Positions 37,051 through 42,066 of a DNA stretch of 42,066 nucleotides are shown piece by piece. The stretch is from a virus (lineage: Duplodnaviria > Heunggongvirae > Uroviricota > Caudoviricetes): positions 1 through 42,066 of IMG/VR virus record IMGVR_UViG_2541047679_000006; one strand, given 5' to 3'. The notes under the pieces are model-generated. The model was not told the origin of the DNA, did no database searches, and saw only the letters and a program-made list of their open reading frames with translations. The position numbers and the translations under genes were made by a program. Position 1 is the stretch's first letter. Each line of letters begins with the position of its first letter.

Positions 37051-39756
37051 ATGACAGACATTACAGCCAATGTTGTAGTGAGTATGCCTTCGCAACTCTT
37101 CACTATGGCGCGTTCTTTTAAAGCCGTAGCCAATGGCAAAATTTATATCGGTAAAATTGACACTGACCCGGTAAATCCTGAAAACCAGATTCAGGTTTAT
37201 GTAGAGAACGAAGACGGTTCTCACATTCCTGTTTCGCAACCAATAATCATTAACGCTGCTGGATATCCGGTATATAACGGACAGATTGCCAAATTCGTAA
37301 CCGTGCAAGGCCATTCTATGGCTGTTTACGATGCTTATGGCACTCAGCAGTTTTATTTTCCAAATGTATTAAAATACGATCCAGATCAGTTTGGCCCAGA
37401 CTTCAAAGAGCAGTTATCTCAATCAGGAGCATACATTAATGATGATTCAAAAGGTGATGCATTAATTGGGGTAAGGCAGCCATTTACCGGGGCTGTAACT
37501 ATAACTCAGCATGAAAACAATGCTCTTTTCTTAAATGTAAAACAATTCGGAGCAATTGGGGATGGGAAATATCATCCATTATCTGAGAGGTTTTCTTCAA
37601 TTTCTGAAGCAAAATCCTTATATCCTTTTGTTGACTCATTATCTCAGTCAATAGACTGGGCCGCGTGGCAAGCTGCCCTTAACACAGGAAAGGTTATTTA
37701 TGGTACTGATAATGCGTATGTAATAACGGATACGTTAACACCTGTTTCTGGTGGTGGGATAATTGGTCTTGGTGTGGGCAAATGGGTCTCCGGATATACT
37801 GCAACATTTGCTCCTGATATTACCACAGGGACCACATTCCTGATGTACGGGGTAGGAAATAAAAAATATACTGTAGATTGTGTTTCTAATATGGATGTTA
37901 GTGGTGGTGTGGTTTCTAATCCATCTTCCGAAGACCCGTATACAACAACAGCACCTGCGTCATCATATGATTTATTGGATTTTACTAACGGTGATGCTAA
38001 TGGGACTACAAGAGCCACGCTTAAACCATTCTCTGCCGCAATATTGATGCCTGAGACAGGATGTGTTCGCCTTGAGAACTTTCGTGTTGTTCCATATTTC
38101 AATGGGCTGGATGGTTATAAAGACATTGCAAATACCGGTCTTGGCGATGAGTGGGATGTAGGTATTTGGTCACGTGCGTCTTTTGGCAATGAATACCGCA
38201 ATTTGCAGGTGGTTGGATACTGGCGCAAGACGGCACTTTTAAAAACGAACATTCCTGTATCTGGCACGCTGGCTGCTCAGGGCGAGGATGAAAACTATTA
38301 TCACTGTAGATTCCAGGGATTCAAGGGTGTTTCGATCCGCGCCAATGATGTATTCCGAATTACAGCGGTAACGTCCAGCACTATCGAAATCCCATGGTCA
38401 GCAAGCCACACCTTCGAAACGTCCGGAGTTTTAAGATCTGGAGGCAGGAATTTCACTTATTCAGGATTATCCGTATCCGGTGATAAGTTAGTATTTACTG
38501 GAGTGTCTAACGCTTCTGAGGCAACAGTAGGTTCTACTATACGGCGAAATGACATAGATAACTTTGGTATGGCGGGAACGCAATTTTTCGATTGCTACAT
38601 TACCAGCCTGTATCACCACACACATCTGCTTGCCACATCGCAATACCTGTCTCAACCATTCAGCCGACCATCAGAGTGTATGGAGGTTTCAGGGGAACCA
38701 GTTCGCGGTGTACAGGTACATGCAGGAACCATTCAGGGATGGGATGATGTTCTTATTCATCTGCATGACTGTGGAAATATGAACTTTTACAGTACATATT
38801 TCGAAAGCCAGCAAGCATATGTAACTATAAATGGTGGTAATGCTATTGGTTATGGAGCACGTATGATAGCTTCCCGGCAATCAACAAGCTCATTACCATA
38901 TGCAGCAGGGAATACACGAGTGCTTAGAATGGTCGGGTGCTCTGAAGGCAATGGCGTTGACTGGGGTCCTGTATTTAACAACTATACAGGAGGAAGATAT
39001 AATTCTGGAGACGGTGTATTTAACCCCCGCGATGCATTTATAGACCATAAATCTCTTCCTGAGCAGTCAGGAGGTGAGTCAAGACTCGTATCACAAAAAG
39101 GAAATGCCAGAGTAGTATGTGGTGTTGGTAAAACTGTACTGCTTGGACCAACGTCAGGAGATTGTAATTTACAGAGTAATACCGGAAGTTTAAATATTAG
39201 AAGTGGGATAAGAGTAAGAGTCGGTCACGCTGATGGAACAGACTGGTGGTTGGCAGATGCTAATAAAATAGCTCCTGTTGATGATAATGTTAAAGCTATT
39301 GGACAGCCATCAAACAGATGCTCTGTTATCTATGCAGGAACCGGGTCAATCAATACATCAGATGAAACTCTTAAAACAAGATATGATATTCTTAATGCAG
39401 AGCGTGATGCCGCTATTGAAATAAAGTCAGTCATCTATAAATTTAAATTTAATGACTCAATTAATCACAAAGGAATTGAGTCGTCCAGGTATCATTTTGG
39501 CGTTGGCGCTCAAACCGTAGGGGATATTCTTAGAAAGCATGGTTTAAATCCTGAGCAATATGCTTTTTGGTGTTACGATGAATGGCCTGACGTATGGGAT
39601 GAAGAGGTGATAACTGAAGAGAGCACAGATCCTGATACAGGTGAGAAAATTTATTCTCAATATAAAACAGGAGATATGATTCTTGTAAAAAAAGCAGGAG
39701 GACGCTACGGAATTCGTTATGACGAATTGGCTATGTTTATATTAATGGCAATGTAG
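37051..39756 (+). CDS. Tailspike: P22-type N-terminal head-binding domain, divergent central receptor-binding domain, C-terminal S74-like intramolecular chaperone domain
   Basis: N-terminus [47 protein letters not shown]… matches the P22 gp9 head-binding domain; remainder unlike P22; C-terminus has an S-D-x-x-L-K motif (…[15 protein letters not shown]…). Confidence 0.85.
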   Translation: MTDITANVVVSMPSQLFTMARSFKAVANGKIYIGKIDTDPVNPENQIQVYVENEDGSHIPVSQPIIINAAGYPVYNGQIAKFVTVQGHSMAVYDAYGTQQFYFPNVLKYDPDQFGPDFKEQLSQSGAYINDDSKGDALIGVRQPFTGAVTITQHENNALFLNVKQFGAIGDGKYHPLSERFSSISEAKSLYPFVDSLSQSIDWAAWQAALNTGKVIYGTDNAYVITDTLTPVSGGGIIGLGVGKWVSGYTATFAPDITTGTTFLMYGVGNKKYTVDCVSNMDVSGGVVSNPSSEDPYTTTAPASSYDLLDFTNGDANGTTRATLKPFSAAILMPETGCVRLENFRVVPYFNGLDGYKDIANTGLGDEWDVGIWSRASFGNEYRNLQVVGYWRKTALLKTNIPVSGTLAAQGEDENYYHCRFQGFKGVSIRANDVFRITAVTSSTIEIPWSASHTFETSGVLRSGGRNFTYSGLSVSGDKLVFTGVSNASEATVGSTIRRNDIDNFGMAGTQFFDCYITSLYHHTHLLATSQYLSQPFSRPSECMEVSGEPVRGVQVHAGTIQGWDDVLIHLHDCGNMNFYSTYFESQQAYVTINGGNAIGYGARMIASRQSTSSLPYAAGNTRVLRMVGCSEGNGVDWGPVFNNYTGGRYNSGDGVFNPRDAFIDHKSLPEQSGGESRLVSQKGNARVVCGVGKTVLLGPTSGDCNLQSNTGSLNIRSGIRVRVGHADGTDWWLADANKIAPVDDNVKAIGQPSNRCSVIYAGTGSINTSDETLKTRYDILNAERDAAIEIKSVIYKFKFNDSINHKGIESSRYHFGVGAQTVGDILRKHGLNPEQYAFWCYDEWPDVWDEEVITEESTDPDTGEKIYSQYKTGDMILVKKAGGRYGIRYDELAMFILMAM

Positions 39757-39774
39757 TTGCAATAAATGCAGTAT

Positions 39775-39805
39775 ATCCCGCATAAAAATGCGGGATTGTT
39801 TTTAT
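39775..39805 (+). terminator. Intrinsic terminator after the tailspike gene (ATCCCGCAT-AAAA-ATGCGGGAT plus T-run)
   Basis: Perfect 9-bp stem followed by TGTTTTTAT. Confidence 0.6.
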
Positions 39806-40058
39806 CTGGTGTATTTATGAATTTTAAGTAAATTTTAGTATTGATTACTGCATCGCAGTTAAAGCCTCATTACCTATGAGGCAAAACTGAGACACACAAG
39901 GCTTTGCACTGGATTGCAAGGCTTTGTGCTATCTGAGATATAGCAATGTTGGTTGCTCCACCTTTTCATCAAGCCAGTCCGCCCACCACTGCATCATTTC
40001 TCTGCGCTTATCGAGATACTGAGCATGGTTGTAAATTCAACTAACCCAGTGAGTTGAC

Positions 40059-40099
40059 AAAAAATTAGCGCAAGAAGAAAAAAAATCACCTTGCGCTAA
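40059..40099 (-). terminator. sib/tI-like retroregulatory hairpin of the att P arm (TTAGCGCAAG…CTTGCGCTAA with U-run on the minus strand)
   Basis: 10-bp perfect inverted repeat (40065-40074 / 40090-40099) followed on the minus strand by TTTTTTG; sequence matches my recollection of the lambda sib region left of attP. Confidence 0.5.
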
Positions 40100-40260
40100 T
40101 GCTCTGTTACAGGTCACTAATACCATCTAAGTAGTTGATTCATAGTGACTGCACATGCTGTGTTTTGCAGTATTATGTAGTCTATTATTTAGACCAAAAC
40201 CATCATAACACATTGATATTGATGATTTTTCTTGTTTCTCATTCAGCTTTTTTATACTAA
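40100..40260. repeat. attR: lambda-type P arm plus the 15-bp common core (40246-40260)
   Basis: Core GCTTTTTTATACTAA identical to the attL core; preceding sequence (…CTGTTACAGGTCACTAATACCATCTAAGTAGTTGATTCATAGTGACTGCA…) resembles the lambda P arm; host B' sequence (CTTGAGCGAAACGGG…) follows. Confidence 0.85.
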
Positions 40261-40350
40261 CTTGAGCGAAACGGGAAGGTAAAAAGACAAAAAGTTGTTT
40301 TTAATACCTTTAAGTGATACCAGATGGCATTGCGCCATCTGGCAGAGTGA

Positions 40351-40827
40351 TTAACTAAACATCGCAGTAATCGAGGCACTCGCCAGAGAGTGAAAATGAA
40401 CGTTAAACCCGACCATCGCGCCGCTGGCACCTTCATCGACATCAATACGTTCTACATCCAGCGCGTGAACGGTAAAAATGTAGCGATGGGTTTCGCCTTT
40501 CGGCGGCGCTGCGCCATCGTACCCGGTTTTACCAAAGTCGGTACGCGTCTGCAAAACGCCGTCTGGCATAGCTACCAGACCAGAGCCAAACCCTTGCGGT
40601 AATACGCGGGTATCAGCGGGTAAATTAACAACTACCCAGTGCCACCAGCCGGAGCCGGTTGGCGCATCCGGGTCATAGCAGGTGACAACAAAACTTTTCG
40701 TTCCCACAGGAACATCATCCCACGCCAGATGCGGTGAAATATTATCGCCATCGTAACCCATGCCGTTAAAGACATGACGATGCGGCAGCTTATCGCCATC
40801 GCGCAGATCGTTACTGATGAGTTTCAT
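40351..40827 (-). CDS. ybhB: YbhB, PEBP/kinase-inhibitor-like family protein (host gene flanking attB on the bio side)
   Basis: 158-aa translation recognised as E. coli YbhB; immediately right of attR. Confidence 0.8.
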   Translation of the reverse strand: MKLISNDLRDGDKLPHRHVFNGMGYDGDNISPHLAWDDVPVGTKSFVVTCYDPDAPTGSGWWHWVVVNLPADTRVLPQGFGSGLVAMPDGVLQTRTDFGKTGYDGAAPPKGETHRYIFTVHALDVERIDVDEGASGAMVGFNVHFHSLASASITAMFS

Positions 40828-40935
40828 TAGAATGCCTCCGGGAAACCTCGGCCTTCAGACCGGGGAGGAAAGGAGGCGGTTTTCCGACTAACTGTACTTT
40901 GCATAATCACATTTTCCTCTTTAGTATGTGAACAC

Positions 40936-42066
40936 ATGAAACGCGCATATAAATACCGGTTTTACCCGACAACTGAGCAGGCTGAGCTTTTAGCTCAGAC
41001 GTTTGGCTGTGTGCGCTTCGTCTACAATTCCATCCTTCGTTGGCGTACCGATGCGTACTACGAGCGAAAAGAAAAGATCGGTTATCTACAGGCCAACGCT
41101 CGCCTTACGGCGCTCAAAAAAGAGCCTGAATACATATGGCTGAATGATGTTTCCTGCGTTCCCCTCCAGCAGTCGTTGCGCCACCAACAAGCCGCCTTTG
41201 CTAACTTCTTTGCCGGACGAGCTGCATATCCGGCTTTCAAAAGCAAACGGCACAAACAGGTGGCTGAGTTCACTGCCAGCGCGTTTAAACACCGTGACGG
41301 CGAGTTGTATATAGCAAAGAGCAAGTCGCCGCTGGATGTTCGCTGGAGTCGAGAATTACCATCTGCGCCGTCAACCGTTACCATTTCCAGAGATAGCGCT
41401 GGCAGGTACTTTGTTTCCTGCCTGTGTGAGTTTGAACCTGTATCAATGCCTGTTACCGCTAAAACGGTCGGCATTGATGTGGGCTTAAAAGATTTATTCG
41501 TCACCGATACCGGATTCAAAACCGACAATCCCCGCCACACCGCTAAATATGCGAAGCGATTAACGCTGCTACAGCGACGTTTAAGCAGGAAGCAAAAAGG
41601 CTCAAGAAACCGTATTAAAGCCCGCTTAAAGGTCGCCCGACTCCACGCGAAAATCGCCGATTGCCGGATGGACAATCTGCACAAGTTGTCCCGCAAACTG
41701 ATTAACGAAAACCAAGTTGTTTGCGTCGAATCCCTCAAGGTGAAAAACATGATCCGCAACCCGAAGCTGTCTAAAGCAATAGCTGACGCAGGCTGGAGCG
41801 AACTTGTTCGCCAGCTCCAGTACAAAGGCAAATGGGCCGGGCGGTCAGTGGTCGCCATTGACCAGTATTTACCGTCCTCAAAATGCTGTAGTTGCTGCGG
41901 TTTCACCATGCAAAAAATGCCTCTTAATGTTCGTAAATGGCACTGCCCTGAATGCGGCGCAGACCATGATCGCGACATTAACGCGGCACGTAATATTAAA
42001 GCTGCCGGGCTGGCAGTGTTAGCCCACGGAGAGCCTGTAAACCCTGAATCGCAGCACGCGGCTTAG
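40936..42066 (+). CDS. tnpB: IS200/IS605-family TnpB (OrfB) RNA-guided nuclease-type accessory protein, standalone (no tnpA in window)
   Basis: 376-aa translation with OrfB_IS605 features: N-terminal HTH-like region, RuvC-like core, C-terminal zinc finger (CCSCCG…CPECG); stop codon is the last triplet of the window. Confidence 0.85.
   Translation: MKRAYKYRFYPTTEQAELLAQTFGCVRFVYNSILRWRTDAYYERKEKIGYLQANARLTALKKEPEYIWLNDVSCVPLQQSLRHQQAAFANFFAGRAAYPAFKSKRHKQVAEFTASAFKHRDGELYIAKSKSPLDVRWSRELPSAPSTVTISRDSAGRYFVSCLCEFEPVSMPVTAKTVGIDVGLKDLFVTDTGFKTDNPRHTAKYAKRLTLLQRRLSRKQKGSRNRIKARLKVARLHAKIADCRMDNLHKLSRKLINENQVVCVESLKVKNMIRNPKLSKAIADAGWSELVRQLQYKGKWAGRSVVAIDQYLPSSKCCSCCGFTMQKMPLNVRKWHCPECGADHDRDINAARNIKAAGLAVLAHGEPVNPESQHAA

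Larger units (their letters stand above)
1331..40260. mobile_element. Integrated lambdoid/P22-like hybrid prophage (~38.9 kb) bounded by attL and attR
   Basis: Identical 15-bp cores at both ends; int/xis adjacent to attL; complete early, replication, lysis and morphogenesis modules between; host genes ybhC and ybhB flank. Confidence 0.9.

Noticed and set aside
37698-38102. 134-aa minus-strand ORF and other short ORFs inside the tailspike gene
   Set aside because: Antisense to a 901-aa ORF with a recognisable P22 head-binding domain.
40828-40935. tnpA (Y1 transposase) upstream of tnpB
   Set aside because: Only ~108 bp separate ybhB and tnpB; no ORF fits, so tnpB is standalone in this window.
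41082-41978. 298-aa minus-strand ORF
   Set aside because: Entirely antisense to tnpB, whose translation has clear TnpB features; a shadow ORF.
1-42066. CRISPR array, retron, DGR or similar repeat-based systems
   Set aside because: No spaced direct-repeat array, no reverse-transcriptase ORF, and no template/variable repeat pair seen on reading both strands.

Overview
The window is an Escherichia-type chromosomal locus, ybhC – [prophage] – ybhB, i.e. the classical lambda attB site. A ~38.9 kb prophage sits between two identical 15-bp att cores (GCTTTTTTATACTAA) at 1331-1345 and 40246-40260. The prophage is a mosaic. Its integration module (int, xis, attP arms, sib/tI hairpin) and lysis cassette (S, R, Rz/Rz1) are lambda-type. 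Its N protein carries the phage-21-type arginine-rich motif, with matching nutL and nutR boxA/boxB sites. Immunity is a LexA-like cI with Cro and CII; replication is an O-like initiator with internal iterons plus a DnaB-family helicase. The nin region has NinB, NinE, an inserted C5-cytosine methyltransferase, NinF, RusA, NinH and Q. The whole virion module is P22/Sf6-like: TerS, TerL, portal, scaffold, coat, gp4/gp10/gp26 homologues, three ejection proteins and a chimeric tailspike. Two accessory islands stand out as candidate undescribed systems: an AT-rich two-gene cassette bracketed by intrinsic terminators in the pL operon (8085-9242), and an island between the ejection genes and the tailspike (35010-36918) holding a signal-peptide protein, a GepA/Panacea-like gene tightly followed by a 140-aa partner, and an orphan Mnt repressor. 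Two tRNA genes lie between Q and S, and a standalone IS200/IS605-family tnpB lies outside the prophage beside ybhB. All identifications come from reading the translations and sequence by eye; no database search or computation was run.
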